A stretch of 64,000 nucleotides of DNA from Tubulanus polymorphus (Eukaryota > Animalia > Nemertea), in the NCBI RefSeq assembly GCF_964204645.1, contig NC_134033.1, positions 3,868,231-3,932,230 on the forward strand, read 5' to 3'. Below the pieces are notes generated by a model. That model made no database searches and was not told where the DNA came from. It saw only the letters and a list, made by a program, of their open reading frames with translations. The translations under genes were made by a program, and so were the position numbers. This document shows, one piece after another, positions 11,922 to 25,792 of the stretch (its first letter is position 1; each line of letters starts with the position of its first letter).

Positions 11922-14525
11922 ATTACATATAAGCAACAGGGATACAATATAACAGTATAAGTAATGGCATTGAAGGCATATACATAACAATATGGTGTTA
12001 GAAATGGAGGGTGAGGGTTAAATGGTTTTTAATATAGACGCCTGTATGTATTGTTTATAAAAGAGGATGTCTGTTTAATCAATGCTTCATTATTGAGTCA
12101 AGAAAGGCTTAAAATAACCATTTATCAAAAGACGAGTATAGGTTACAAAGATACATTAAGTCTTCTTTGGCAGTTGTTTTTATGTTGATTAGATGAATAG
12201 CTTTTTGAGATATAAGCAATATTTATATAAAAAGGTCTGATGTATTGTTGGTAAGCATTGCTGCTAGTTTGCAATTTCGCCTTAACACATGTACGAATTT
12301 GAATGAACCCCATATTCGGTTGAAAGCTAACTACCATTCATTCCATGTTTATAGCATATTAATTATCAATGTTTATCAATTCAAATAACCATAGTTAAAA
12401 GTATTCATCATACAATTAGAAATAACAAGGTTAAGAAATTTTACTATGACTTACCTGTCTTTTACAGAAACAAGTTTGTATTCTGCCATCATCTTTCTAT
12501 GAATAACAAATATTGGAAAAAATTACTTAGGGAAGCATTCAAAATAAAATCAATAACCCAGCTATACCAGAGTCAGAGAAAATCTCGGCCGAGGTAATTG
12601 GCTGCGTCTTTACTCTAAAGTGTCTGACCTATAATTCATACTCATAAGTTTTACCTCCATTTACAGTCGGTGTAGGATTATGTCTCTTTGCATTAAAACA
12701 TATAGGGATACAGTGTACGTGTGATAGCTCATTACATCTAGTTTTGGGAACCAATGATATTTTATCGTATAGAGTGGGACTTCATACAACAATAGGTCTC
12801 CATAGCACCCAATCACTTCATATTTCGCATTTATAATTTGCATTTTAAAAGTTAAATTGTGAAAATACTAATCAAGATTATCTAGACGATTTTAGTTGGA
12901 CGCACATATTTTCAAAAACATGCTAAAATATGAAACATCCCTGAGTTCCATATAGGTGCAATAATGGCCTCCTTTCCGAACTATGTTTGGTTACCCTGAC
13001 AAATCATTCAGATCATTAGAAAATAAGTCGCCAATGTTACAGTATTTCAACAACACGTTTTGTGGCATATCTCAGGAGCGGATTGGTGTATTTAAATGAT
13101 TTAAACGGCGTATTGTAGGTAATCAATTGGTGTCCCCATATATTGCTAAAGGGTGGTGCACACACATTCGTACGCGACTGTCGTAGGTACCACGATCATC
13201 TTATCCGACGGGTACATCCGCCGCTCTTTCACCGCACTTTACTATGCGATAAATTGTTAACGGTTAATCGTAGTTCGTTGGCATCAAATAAGACATTGGC
13301 GGAATTCCGGAAAGTATCCGAAAATTTGTTTGGAATATAACATGTTTTGTTTGCAATAAAACCTGATGCATGGTTTAGCCCCCATATTTCCTAGCAAAAT
13401 TCAATATAATTACGTGGAATTTTGTGCTGGTATTGTACCAGGTTGAGTTTTCTTGCAAAAAAATCACTCGACTGGAAATAAGACTGAATGCATTTGGTTT
13501 GATTCTTGGTCTAAACGATGGACCAATGGGCGGGAATGATCAAATTTTATCATTGAGCCTAGGTTCAGTGGTTAGAATAAATACGAAAGACATGCAGAAA
13601 TTGGAAATAAACTGTGAGCCTTCCGAAAAGAAAATACTAGAATCAGACGTAAAGATTACCATTTTGAAACTAAAAGGACAGTTACACGTTTCAAATTATA
13701 TCAAGACTAAAAAACAAATAATTAGCTCGAAACCCAATGCTTAATTAGACGTTTAATAGTTAAAAGTCAAGACCAATTAAAAGTCCAAGACAAGCCAAAA
13801 ATGCATAATAAGTGAATCGACCCTAAAATAATCGGATTTTTAATTAAAAAGCCTAGACATCCTGAAAAGATATAATATATATAAGCAGCATATTACCAAT
13901 ACCGGATTGCCACGTATCTTGGTGGTCTCTGGATTTAAAATCCAAAACCAAGTAGTTACTTGTTCTCCAGTGAGTTCTTCTCTTGATGGCGCTGAAGGTG
14001 AATTTGACAAGGACCACTCGTTCTTTTATGTAAAATCCAGCTCACTAAGGTTCAACGAACAAACAATTCGAAGAAAGATCATGTTTAGATAAGTAAGTTG
14101 GATGCTGGTACTTCCTGATTTTGATAACGGTGAAATTAATGACAGAATCAAATGACACCTTGTTGAATCAGCCTTCATAGTTAATCATGCCAAGGAAAAA
14201 CTGATTGCAAATCTAAATAACGGTTTTAGTCCTCATAACGACATTTTATCCGCAGTTAAATATTCATTTGATATAATTACTAAATTATGTGTTTGGAATT
14301 TGTTGTCTGAAATCGCTTGGATTTCTTCTCTTTATTTACTTAGTTCAGTTAATATTTATCAGTTTGATCTTCTTTCATTCTCATTGTGTACAATCACAGC
14401 GTATCAATGTTCTTAGAATAGGTAATTAGGTAATTTCACTTCCTCTAATCTTTAAGTACAAATCTGGTACGTGTCCTGAATCTGTGTCATTGTCCTCTTA
14501 AACTTATTTATCTTACCAAGTTTAC

Positions 14526-14967
14526 TTGGATTTTGTAAAAAAAAATATTGTCAGTTTGAAAGTGACAATAAATGGAATTAAGGACGAACGTTATTATTAT
14601 GAAAATCCAAACGAAACCTATTTTCTATCAACATCTCAAACCGCGTTTTCCATTGATTATCTTAAAAATGTTTCCGTCTCAATAAATCATTTCGGTGCCT
14701 CTTTCAGCGCTCGCGGACGCCTACAACGAAGAACACGAAAATGCGAACAAAACAAGACCGCACTGTTCATCGGTCTTTTCGCGTACTCCAACAAGTGATT
14801 GTCAAAATGATTCCATAAATTGGTACCTGAATGAACTCAGACTCGAAGAAGCGTGGTTTTTGTACAGAATAACTAGGTCATCAAAACTGAACTACCCAAA
14901 CCTGAAGACGCCAATATCAAATTTCAAATACTTAAATTTGCAATTTGCAAACAAGCGTGGCCGGTGA
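14526..14967 (+). pseudogene. CxC5-like segment of a KDZ-transposase-associated gene, frameshifted
   Basis: YFLSTSQTAFSIDYL..HFGASFSALADAYN..RLEEAWFLY; parallels the gene at 20430-22100. Confidence 0.55.
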
Positions 14968-15034
14968 GTCTTTGAAAATCGTTCCACAATGTTAACAAGA
15001 AAGATATAGGCTACTGATCTCCTGCTACATTTCA

Positions 15035-18000
15035 CGGTGTTGTCATATCGCGGAAAGACGGAATCGCGGAATTTTCCAAAAACGCGGAATTTCTTCATTT
15101 TTACTTTAAATAGAAAACGGGTTTTCCCACGGGGATACCCACTGTCGGACCGGGCACCGGACCGATCGATGCAACGAGTTAGGTGCGAGTCCCATTATTT
15201 GCAGGCAATTTTATATGGAATTATCATATTACGATACCGTTGACTGGCTGCCACCTGTAGAAGAAGTCAGAATCAAGTGGGGTGAAAGAGACCAGGCACC
15301 TAACGGTTCCTGAACTTCGCTGAAAAAGCTGAATCACTGAAACGCTGAAACGCTGAAATAAAAACGCCGAAATTTCAGGGAATTTCTGAAAAACGCCGAA
15401 ATTTCAGGGAATTCCCGAAAAACGCTGAAATCGTGCTAGGTACCAACAATACACGTTTTGAAATATTTTCCGGGCCGGTGTCCGCTGCTGAGTCCTGAAC
15501 CGTGTTTTAGTCTCTACCTTCGGTTACAGAGACATGCATGGACAGTATGTGTTGAGTATACTTTTAGAGGGCCACTTGTTGGACAAATTAATTCGCTTGA
15601 AATCCGGATTTTTAATGCATACAGGCAGCATAATGAGGAAAACCCATTCACAAACCGTGCAAGCCAACTTAAACATTATGCTCAATATTCCCTGCAAGAC
15701 GCAAAATATCTTATTTGAATGTTCATGTATAAAACATGGAGCAACTTTTCTTTTGTCAATACGTTGATGGGCGACGGACTATATGGTATTCTCTGAAGCA
15801 GGTAAATTAAATTTGACAGCTAGTTATATAAATGATGCAACTTTTGGACAAAAGGGATCTAACTAAATTTCTTTTTAATTCACTGTGGAATGGAATGGAT
15901 TGACGCCAATGGCATGCAGTAGACCCCTACGTATGGGTCATACTGATTAGCGTCAACCAATTAATCTAAATCGGGCAAACCATTCAACAACTGTGAATAA
16001 TTTATTTGCTGTGGCGTGATAATAATTAGTTTTTGAATGAAAGAAAGAAATGACATACCAACTATTAGGAAATGTACCGATTCTTATTTTTAGACTACTA
16101 CTGAATCTATAAAAGGAGGAGTCATAGACAAAGTTGATTTGCTTAGCTGGAGACACTTCTTGTCAAGTACATCATCTCAAGTACTGGGTGTTTTGTAAGT
16201 TTAATTTCAGTATTTATTTATTAAGTGCTGTTCCCTCGGACCGCAGTGCTTTCAAACTAGGCCCACCCCATAGGCTATATCGTCCAGGGTGTATTAGCTA
16301 TTATTCTTTTATATCCTACTAAAATGCACCTTTTTCTATTTTTAGATTCAGGCTTAGAATGTGCAAATTCTTTGAGATACTGAAAAATCAGACTTCAACT
16401 GCGAAATTTGCAGCAGGATAGCTGAACGACACAATTTTTAAAAATAAAATGGCTATTCGAATGCTATTTCGATAATAACTCTATTCAACCAGAGAGAAAT
16501 AAGTCAATTGTGGATGTACAGTACACGCACTTTTCTTCCCTGTTTCCTGGTACCTAATTTTTAGTCTTAAGCTAAGCGATATTCTAAGGTATGCTAGTGG
16601 ATTTCATTAGAATATGAAGCAATGGAACCAGAATTCTAGCCAGGGTTAAACGAACTATTGATTCTGATATAATGTAAGAACTGATTTCCTTTGTGTAATC
16701 TTGCAGAATGTGTTATGTATTATTTCAAGCTGTTAAATAATATAGTTAGACAAACGTCCAATTATTGGATCTTTCTTGTTGACTCGTTTAATTTTGTGAG
16801 TTAAGAGTTCCAGTCAATCCACAATGTGCAGTGCCTAGCCTTCATCTACACTAAAGCCAAGCCGGTGTATGGGAAAATATCGTTCGACTCCTATAGGCCA
16901 GACAAGTCAAAGCATGCAATACATTGCAGATGATAGTCTCCGGCAAGTCGAAAGAGAAAGTAAACCAGGTTTTACCCCGTACCCTACCCGGGAACAAAGA
17001 CACTTAAAGACTCCTTCGTCCTGGTAGAAATTGTTGAAATATGGCACCCAATCGTAGCAATGCTAAGTACAGGATACTATGACGGTTGAACCTTTATCAA
17101 CGAATTTCAATGACACCGAAAATAGAATCAAAATAATCATTAGTTCCATGCTAGCACTTAATTTGGGTTATCAGGTTCAGCCTAACTGTACTTTCATTCA
17201 GCTACTACTTGTTTGAGACTTGGCAATGATAAGTTGCAAGAAATTACCAAACATAAGAAAAAATATTGTGAATTAATATTATTTTAAATAAGAATTTATT
17301 CAAATGAAGTGATAACTTCATTGTTAGATCGTACCGGTATATGCACATAAAACTATGGCAAAAAACACATCTAACAATCCACGCAATCCGCAATCGATCA
17401 AGTCGATCATGACGACGACCTTAAGGCATGTCTCTGTAACCGAAGATAGAGCATAAAACACGGTTCAGGACTCGTCAGCGGACACCGGCCCAGAATAATT
17501 TTCAAAACGTGTATTGTCGGTACCTAGCACGATTTCAGCGTTTTTCGGGAATTCCCTGAAATTTCGGCGTTTTTCGGAAATTCCCTGAAATTTCAGCGTT
17601 TTTATTTCAGCTTTTCAGTGTTTCAGCTTTTTCAGCGAAGTTCAGGAACCGAGGCACCTAATGTCTATTTCTACTAGGCAAACTTCGGTTATCGAAGTTC
17701 ATCGACTTTTTGAGAACTTCAGAAACGAATATTATTAGATAAATATTGAGCACGTTCGCGCTGTCGGACCGTAGTTGTAGATGGTTGCAAACATGAAATC
17801 CTACGACCAAACAAGTACCGGTTCAAATTTCTTCGTCAAATTCGTCCAGTACCGGTACCAATAAGATTCTTTTGATCCAAATAATCAGCATAGGAACATA
17901 TGTTATAGCAGTCACACAGTAAACATTAAAAAAAACAAAACCATTTTATAATCTTTCATATCATTTAATTCTAAAAGATAAACCACATTCCCTTATAACA

Positions 18001-18422
18001 ACAATGTAGACACACAACACGCATGAACAATCCTAAGCCAGAATGAAATATACATAATGTCTATTTATTTTCGTCTGACATCGATCCAGTTCCACAGTTG
18101 TGAGTTAACTCTGAGTTACTTAGAATCAATAGAGTCAAATCTTAACTCGGAACTGAGTCCTGGAGAATCCCATGGTGTCATCACAAATCCTACATTTACG
18201 TACCATCGATTTGTATTCCTTCAGTTAATGCAGCGATACTCTGTATCACTGAATTCGCAAAGCACGTATTGCCTGGGTTCTACATTATTTGGAACAGTAT
18301 CGTTAAGTCCGACAGTGGGTATCCGCGTGGGAAAACCCGTTTACTATTTATAGTAAAAATGAAGAAATTCCGCGTTTTTGGAAAATTCAGCAATTCCGTC
18401 TTTCCGCGATATGACAACACCG
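15035..18422. mobile_element. Mutator/MULE-like non-autonomous element A (outer)
   Basis: ~115-bp TIR starting CGGTGTTGTCATATCGCGGAAAGACGG; 9-bp TSD TACATTTCA at 15026-15034 and 18423-18431. Confidence 0.88.
15304..17651. mobile_element. Mutator/MULE-like element B nested in element A
   Basis: ~235-bp TIR starting CGGTTCCTGAACTTCGCTGAAAAAGCTGAA; 10-bp TSD AGGCACCTAA at 15294-15303 and 17652-17661. Confidence 0.88.
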
Positions 18423-18489
18423 TACATTTCACATTGAGTCCATGTTAACACTACATATACTTATGAGAAACCCACATAACAGAAACGAA

Positions 18490-19600
18490 CTAGGATTCTA
18501 ACCATCTTAACCCTAACCTTAAAAACTATGGTACTCTCAAGCATAACCACCCACCGAAAAGAACCTAACCCTGTAAACTCTAACTCTCTAAACACTAAAC
18601 CCTCTAATTTCTCTCTAAAACCTTATTCCTAACCCCCCTCCCCCCATTAAAACCTAACTCTCTAAAGACTAAACCCTAACCCCCTAAACCCTAACCCTCT
18701 AAACCCTAACCCTCTGAACACTAGAACCCTCTAAAATCTAACTCTCTAAACCCTGAACCCTCTAAATTCTCTCTAATTCTCCGAACCCTGAACCCTCTAA
18801 ACACTAAACCCTAATCCTCTGAACCCTATAAACCCTAAACTCCTAAAACCTAACCCTCTAAAACCTAAACAATAAACCCTAACCCTCGAAAACCTAACCC
18901 TCCGAACACTAAAACCCTCTAAATTTTAACTCTCTTAACCCTGAACCCTCTAATTTCTCTCTTACCCTCTAAACCCTAACCCTCTAAACACTAAACCCCC
19001 TAAACCCTAACCCTCTAAACCCTTACCCTCTAAACACTAAAACCTAACCCTCTAAACACTAAACCCTAGCCCTCTAAACACTAAAAGCTAACCCTCTAAA
19101 CCCTAACCCTCTAAACCCTAAACCCTAACCCCTTAACCACTAAACCCTAACCCCCTAAACCCTAACCCCTAAACCCTAACTCTCTAAAACCTAACCCCCT
19201 AACCTCGTAAACACTTACCCTCTAAACACTAAACCCTGACCCCGTAAACAATAAACCCTAACCCATTTAAAACTAACCCTCTAAACCCTAACTCGCTAAA
19301 ACCTAACCCCCTAACCCCGTAAACACTTACCCTCTAAACACTAAACCCTGGCCCCTATACAATAAACCATAACCCCTTTAAAACTAACCCTCTAAACACT
19401 AACCCTCTAAAACCCTCTTAAACCTAAACACTAAACCCCTTAACCCTCTAAACCCAAACCCCTTTAAAACCTAAAACTCTAAAACCTAATCCTTTAAAAA
19501 CTAAACCCTAACCCCGTAAACCCTTAGCCTATAAAACCTAACGCTCTTAGACCTAACCCCCAAACACCACTCCTCTAAACCCTAACCCCTTAAAACTATC
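18490..19600. repeat. Degenerate telomere-like satellite (AAACCCT/AACCCT mixed with CTCTAAACACT)
   Basis: ~1.1 kb nearly G-free tract of CCCTAA and CCCTAAA variants. Confidence 0.9.
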
Positions 19601-19744
19601 TTCAAATAAACCAATTGCCGTCTTGATATTCAAATGCTGATTGTTTAATAATGGGAAATGGTTCAAGAATCGCAGACAATAACGCGATTCTTTGCGATCT
19701 AATTTTAAAATAAGCTTAGCAGTTTTTAACTCGTTATATTAAAG

Positions 19745-19969
19745 GTAGGCTTATTTGAAGAAAAAGAACAAAAGTGGATTAAACATGTGTGCGAAACGAA
19801 GGGGTGTAGGGAGGGGTACGTCACTATCGATGGCAATGAAAAGCTTCATCGGGCAGTGTGTGCAGCGGATAGTGAAGTACATTTTAACGATACAAACTCA
19901 TCAATCAAAATCAGAACCATCATAACATGTCAGGATGACCCTTCTTATGGCGGGAAACACAAAGAATAG
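19745..19969 (+). pseudogene. CxC6-like exon, probable continuation of the 14526-14967 gene
   Basis: HVCETKGCREGYVTIDGNEKLHRAVCA...TCQDDP. Confidence 0.6.
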
Positions 19970-20429
19970 AATTTTCCGGAAAATTTGGGAATTATTTCGG
20001 AATTGTCGCGGGTGACAAAACCAAAATATTGAATTGTCGCGGGCGACAAAACGTTTTAATCAGACGCCTACAAGCGCATTTAGGTCACGATTTAGGGATA
20101 GCAATACCAACTACGAGGTATATGTTGCGTAGAATACGCAAATGCAACACAGTATTTTCTACTTTTTAAAATAAAATAAAATCAATGTAACGTTAGAAGA
20201 AAAAGTGTATCCAAATTTTTCAAGCTGGAATATCACATGAAATTAGATCACAACCGTTTACGAGATATTTATTCCGCAACCGTTTACGAGATATTTATTC
20301 CGCAACATTTATAAACGCAACAAATTTACGCAACATTTATCATTCTGTACTGCCGCTTCGTAACAGATTAACGTAACATTTCGCTCATCTCGCGTGCGCA
20401 TTATAATTGACTCGAATTGAATCTACACA

Positions 20430-22100
20430 ATGTCTCTTTCCAAAAAACGTCGTCTGACGCTAGCCGAAAAACTTAACGTCATCGATGGTGAAAATGTGAA
20501 CTTCAAATCGGTGAGTCTAAATTTTGTGCATATCCGTAATAAATGAATGAATCCCTAAAAATCTACAAATATTATAATTTATAGGCTTTATGTTCTCTGT
20601 CGTTTTAGGTTTGCTATCACTACCAGCAACTTCATGATCATGATATAGACTCAGTAAACAACAAAAGCGAGATAATGAAGTGCCATGTCATTATCAAATA
20701 TGGGCATGATGTGGTCACTAGATCTATTCTACGCCATAATGTAATACCTTTTTGGTTTTCGGAGACAATTCGAAAATCACTTCCACAGATGAACGGAGAA
20801 CAACTTATTCCCTATGAAATGTTGAAGAATATCTTTCATGATTATCATGATCAAAAGTCAAGTCATTTAGCTGTCCTTGGACCTCCAATTGGTATGTATA
20901 ACAATTTTCTTGTACTCCAATTAGTATTGCTCTAGCACATGTTGAATCTGTAATATTTTTTTGTACATAGGAAAGTGTTTTGAGTGTAATTGTACACTGC
21001 AACTGCACAACAAAGTGATTGATGTTCTCTTTGTTACTCATGGAAAAGTCATTTCTAAAAATAAGGTAGGCTATGTTGTCCTTAAGTGGTAGGCCCTTAA
21101 ACATGAAAAATGTAGATTTTATTTCATTAATTCAGATATCTTTATTCCAGATCAATTTACGCTGTAAGAATTGTCAGATTAATTACGGCTTTGATAAATA
21201 TGGCTCCACTGAAAAAGGATATTCATTTTATCACGAAATGAGAGACTCAATTGTTGCAACTGATGGGATAATTATTGACCGCAGTCTTTACAATTTTCAG
21301 AGATCGTTATCGTAAGTCAACTTAAATTTGAACAAAAATTTCATGGCTTGAACTAGGAGAATAATATATGTTATTAGATTAATTTGTAATCTTTCATCAT
21401 TTTAGCCTCCATTCTTGGGTTTCGTTTCAAGGTTTCGCCGAAAGCTTTAATGATGCTTATATTTTAGAGAAAAGTGAGTTTTAGAGGTATTAAATTCGTG
21501 AAATACTCACTCAGTTTATCTGTCATTATTTTGTTGCTTTAGATATTGATCGGCGTTTGTGGGCTGAAGCTTTCTGGTGGGCGGAACTTGAAACAGAATT
21601 GCGCGACCTAGACCTACACACTAAATTCAAGTTCACCAAAGATGCAGACCGTGAAGATTGTATGGTCATCATAATCTTCGAAAGAGGACAACATACGCTC
21701 ACCCACCAAGCGACTGTACAAGTGCTTGCAAAATGCGAGGTACAGTAATTCCAGTGATTGATGTACACACGCTTTTGTATCTTATTTGGTAGTGTGTATC
21801 TTTTTTCCAAAATAATTGTTTCAGGCTGTGGAAAACTTTGGGCAACAGATGGAATATGGAAAACGCAATTTTCTCATTGCATGTTTTCAGTTAAAGTAAG
21901 GGTATTGCTAATACCGGTAGATTCTTTCTGTAGAAAAGGGAATTCGGTGTGACTTTAACTGTTTTTCGTGTTTTTTCAAAACCAAGTATCCGGCATACCA
22001 ATGGTCGATTTACCGGATGTCTGCACAAATCAGCCTCTTCACAGAAAGGCGTTTTGTGCAGCACATTGTAACTTTTGTGAGCAACAGAATCCACCTACCG
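20430..22100 (+). pseudogene. Multi-exon CxC5/CxC6 (KDZ transposase-associated) gene, 3'-truncated
   Basis: Short GT-AG introns join MSLSKKRRLTLAEKLNVID / KCFECNC / LRCKNCQINYG / HSWVSFQGFAESFN / LWAEAFWW / GCGKLWATDGIWK / CTNQPLHRKAFCAAH. Confidence 0.7.
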
Positions 22101-22974
22101 TCCAAAATATCAAAGCAATCCAAAGGATGATGGTCATCGTCGTGTAAGAATGAATTATCTTGATTTGCGCTACGATTTTTGAAACAGTGTCCAGTTTTTC
22201 AAGCCACGCCCGACAGTTTTGATGCGGTACACGACGCCTTGGACGCCTTCCGTAACGGCATAATGAAGAAAAACCGATACGGGTCGCCAGTCTCCCGACG
22301 CCCAAAGGAACCAATACCGCTATGCTGCGTTCGAGAGCAAAACACGACAGAATCCACGAAGAGGTTTTGATTCCAAAATTGTTGAGCACTATTCCAAATC
22401 TACAGGTGAATTCGTTCACGGTGTAGAACACGTACACACCGTACGTGGTGCCGACCACGGTGTTTTTTTTTCAGTTATAAAGATGTTTATTCTGAATATT
22501 AATATACATTATAATATAAGTTCCAGTGCCAAGGTACAAGTACATTATAGGCAAAATGGTTAAGTTAAACATTTACAAGTTACAAATTCGGCGTAAACCA
22601 GACATAAATTTAGAAATGTTACACGATGGTTTATATGAGATGGCTAACAGAGCAGGTACTGTACAGTGTAGGTGTCTAATGTTGGAATTGTTGGTAGTTA
22701 CTAAGAATAAATTTTGAAACATTTTTTAGCATTTGAGTGTTAGTGCGAATTCACGGTGTGAATTCGTTCGAGAGATTTCATAAAGAGTGACGACATAAAT
22801 CGAATCGGAGAAACCTAGCGGTACCAGATACTGGAAGGTGCACGCATCTAACGTGCGACGCAGACGAGACATGACGACTACAGACAGTAAACTCCTGGTA
22901 ACACCGGTCACCATCCAGAAACAGATGTAAATATTGAACGCTACTTGGAAAACCCAACCCAGATCAACAATCAC
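22100..22974 (-). pseudogene. Rhodopsin-class GPCR relic (TM1 to ~TM5), interrupted at ~22460-22750
   Basis: TM2 YLVPLGFSDSI; TM3 CRF..SSWILSCFALERSIAVLVPL; frameshifts. Confidence 0.75.
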
Positions 22975-23390
22975 GGGTAGAGATTCGCCAACAAATATTG
23001 GCGGAGAACCACAGCACTGGTGGTAACAGCCATCATAACATTAGTGGAGATCAAGGTCAAAAACAGCAACATAACATTTCAGCGACCATATCATTACATT
23101 TTTTACTGTATGTTACAGAGAATGGTGCCTCCGAAATATTAATGTAATATTTATAAGTTAATCTATAAGTGAATTCGTGTGATGGATTAGTAATTAGAAG
23201 GGTGTCTTCTTTACCATGCTATGGATAATAAATCATGTAGACCACACACAGCTAGGGTTTAAAGACTAATCATGAAGCAACCCAGGTGTGGTCTGTACAC
23301 AAAAATTCACTTATTAATTTATATTAACTTGGGAGGAATAATTTTTTTCTAGGACACGCTGTATGTACTGACATCATGGATCATTGTATT

Positions 23391-23590
23391 CAGGGGTGGA
23401 TTTAGATGGTCCAGAGGTTCCACCCTCTTCTGCTAAGACAACATTTTCATAACCAGCCAAAAGAAAGTTACACTAACTTTGGTAAATTATTCCAAATAAT
23501 TCGTTCTAGAATCTCTCAGATGCTTAGAAAATACAAAACGCTCTTTACCGCTACCCCTCTCCCCATTAAAGATTCTTGGATCCGCCCCTG
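23391..23590. mobile_element. hAT-like MITE relic
   Basis: CAGGGGTGGATTTA...TGGATCCGCCCCTG imperfect TIR; no TSD found. Confidence 0.5.
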
Positions 23591-25792
23591 CATACATTAT
23601 AAATAGTCCATGTGTAAACCTCCAAACAGATTGGAATGGTTCTGCTTTGTACCCTAAAAATATAGTTTTGGTATCAAAGAGGACGCAGGACTTTTCTTTT
23701 ACCTGATCCCCTAACCCCACTGTCTAATAAGAATCGCGATCTGTTCAAACGCAATTCTGCTTCCAAAAATGACTACAATATCTAGAATGTTTAGATAACT
23801 TACCTCTTGATGTTACAGAAACTATAAGGTGAATATACACTAAGTCTACTGCACAATAAGTATTCTGCTGAGCCACTGGACTGCGATAGTTGAAAATTCC
23901 CCGACGACGTATAACCCGACCCCGGTCACATGATATATTTTATAGTTAGATATTAGGTAATAATCGTCACGTGTCCTGTGAACCCCGTACATCGCCTGAC
24001 ATAACGCCGTCTGATCAGAATTAGACGCTAAGGTTATTTTTAGACGCCGCAGAGACTTAGCCGTTGCTTCGGGCTACCCATTAGAAAATATTTGTGTAAA
24101 ATAGTTATTTTCTGCAGGCAAAGTGTGATCAACTCTAGTTGATTTCAGCGTCCAATGAAATCAATTTTTAGGTCCTGAAAACTACTATTACCTGAAAAGA
24201 AATTATTCTGAGTAAGGTATGAACCCAAGATAATTGCAAAGTTTAAAATGTACCTAGATTCAGAGACCTAGATTCACCCGGTATGAAATACTAGTAATTA
24301 AAAGTGGATAAGATCATGGTATTTCTGTTTATTTGAAGTAATTAAAAGTGGATAAGATCATGGTATTTCTGTTTATTTGAATTCCTCGTTATTTTAGGCA
24401 GATGTATTTTCATTGTCTGAGATTTGATGTTTGAACTGTTGATCTTGTCAATGAATAAAGAGACCTGATTGAAAAGTTATCCTGTTTACAAGTTATTGAT
24501 TAGGACTTGGGGTAATCCTCCAATGATAGGATTGAGTTTCCATCACATGGGCTCGTATTTGAGGTTTGGGGGTGAACTGTAGCTGTTAAATTTATTGATT
24601 ATTCTATATTTTACGTTATGTTATACAATCGTAAATACTTCTTGATGTCCCTCTGTATACCTCTCGTTTCATTTCAATTTCATTTCATTTCATTTCATGT
24701 TGTTAATTGACAACTCTGGAAATGAAAGGGTTAACATATAATAAATTAATCAGGTGTTTTATCTTATTTTTATTAGATTGCAAGTTAGGATATTTGATAA
24801 AACACTAGATAAACTAAGTGATAAAATATGCTGGGTTGCTTCGATTTATTCAACCGAGGATTGTAAGGGCTAGATACCTGCAACGATGAGTTGAAATAGC
24901 AATCTAATATCTATTTGAATATAGAATTTAATCTGTTACTACCAGCTGAATGACTACCATAGGTATTATGGTAATACATCTATAAACAAGTCGACTATCT
25001 TTCTATCCGTTTTGTCAACTGTTGTAAAACGAAATTATTCACTGCCAAATTAACAGTGAACCGCCGAAACTAAGCACTTGCATAACATTTTATAATACGG
25101 TTCTCGATACTGAAACCTATGTTTCGTTTAACTTTAGTCTCTGTCGGCAATAGCCGAAGTATTCTTTGAAGTAGTCTTTGAACCGCAGCTGTCAAGATGA
25201 TGGAGCTATGTAATTACTTGACCACATGTACTCTTTTTAGTGTAGTTTATATTATGGGAAATAAAGTTAGTTGTCTTATGATGCTGATACAGTAAAGACG
25301 CGTTCGCCCGGTTTACTCTCTTCTTCTCTTACGGACCTGGTCCTCATAAGTGGCAGTGCAGCCCACAGTCTCTTCCAATTATTTTTGGCCAGGTCTAGGG
25401 CCAGGGGGTCATGGATTTTTGTATCCGTTCATATTTATCTTCGTAGTATCCAAATATGATCAGCCTAGTTGCGTACTGGCGCACTTACCATAGACATTGG
25501 AATCGGTCGATTTAGAAATATCAAATAGGAAAAAATAGACCCTATACAGCGTGGAATCAGAAATTGTCTTCATTGTTCACCCGCTGTATGACCCACAAAG
25601 ATAAATTCTTTTATCGACAACTGAGCTAATTAACCAACAATGCGCTTAGAAATTATGACTTGAAGAATGAGAAATTCATATATATTGAATGCAACAAATT
25701 GTCAAACGGAAGTCAGCGCCTGACCTTGTATTCTGAACCTTAATAATTTGTTACTCCATAATTATGTAATGATGTATTAGCCCACGTTTAAA

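Noticed and set aside
18490-19600. True telomere
   Set aside because: Internal and degenerate, with complex sequence on both sides
24293-24381. Tandem 44-bp duplication starting AGTAATTAAAAGTGG, similar to the Polinton left end
   Set aside because: Similarity covers only ~15 AT-rich bases with an indel; probably chance
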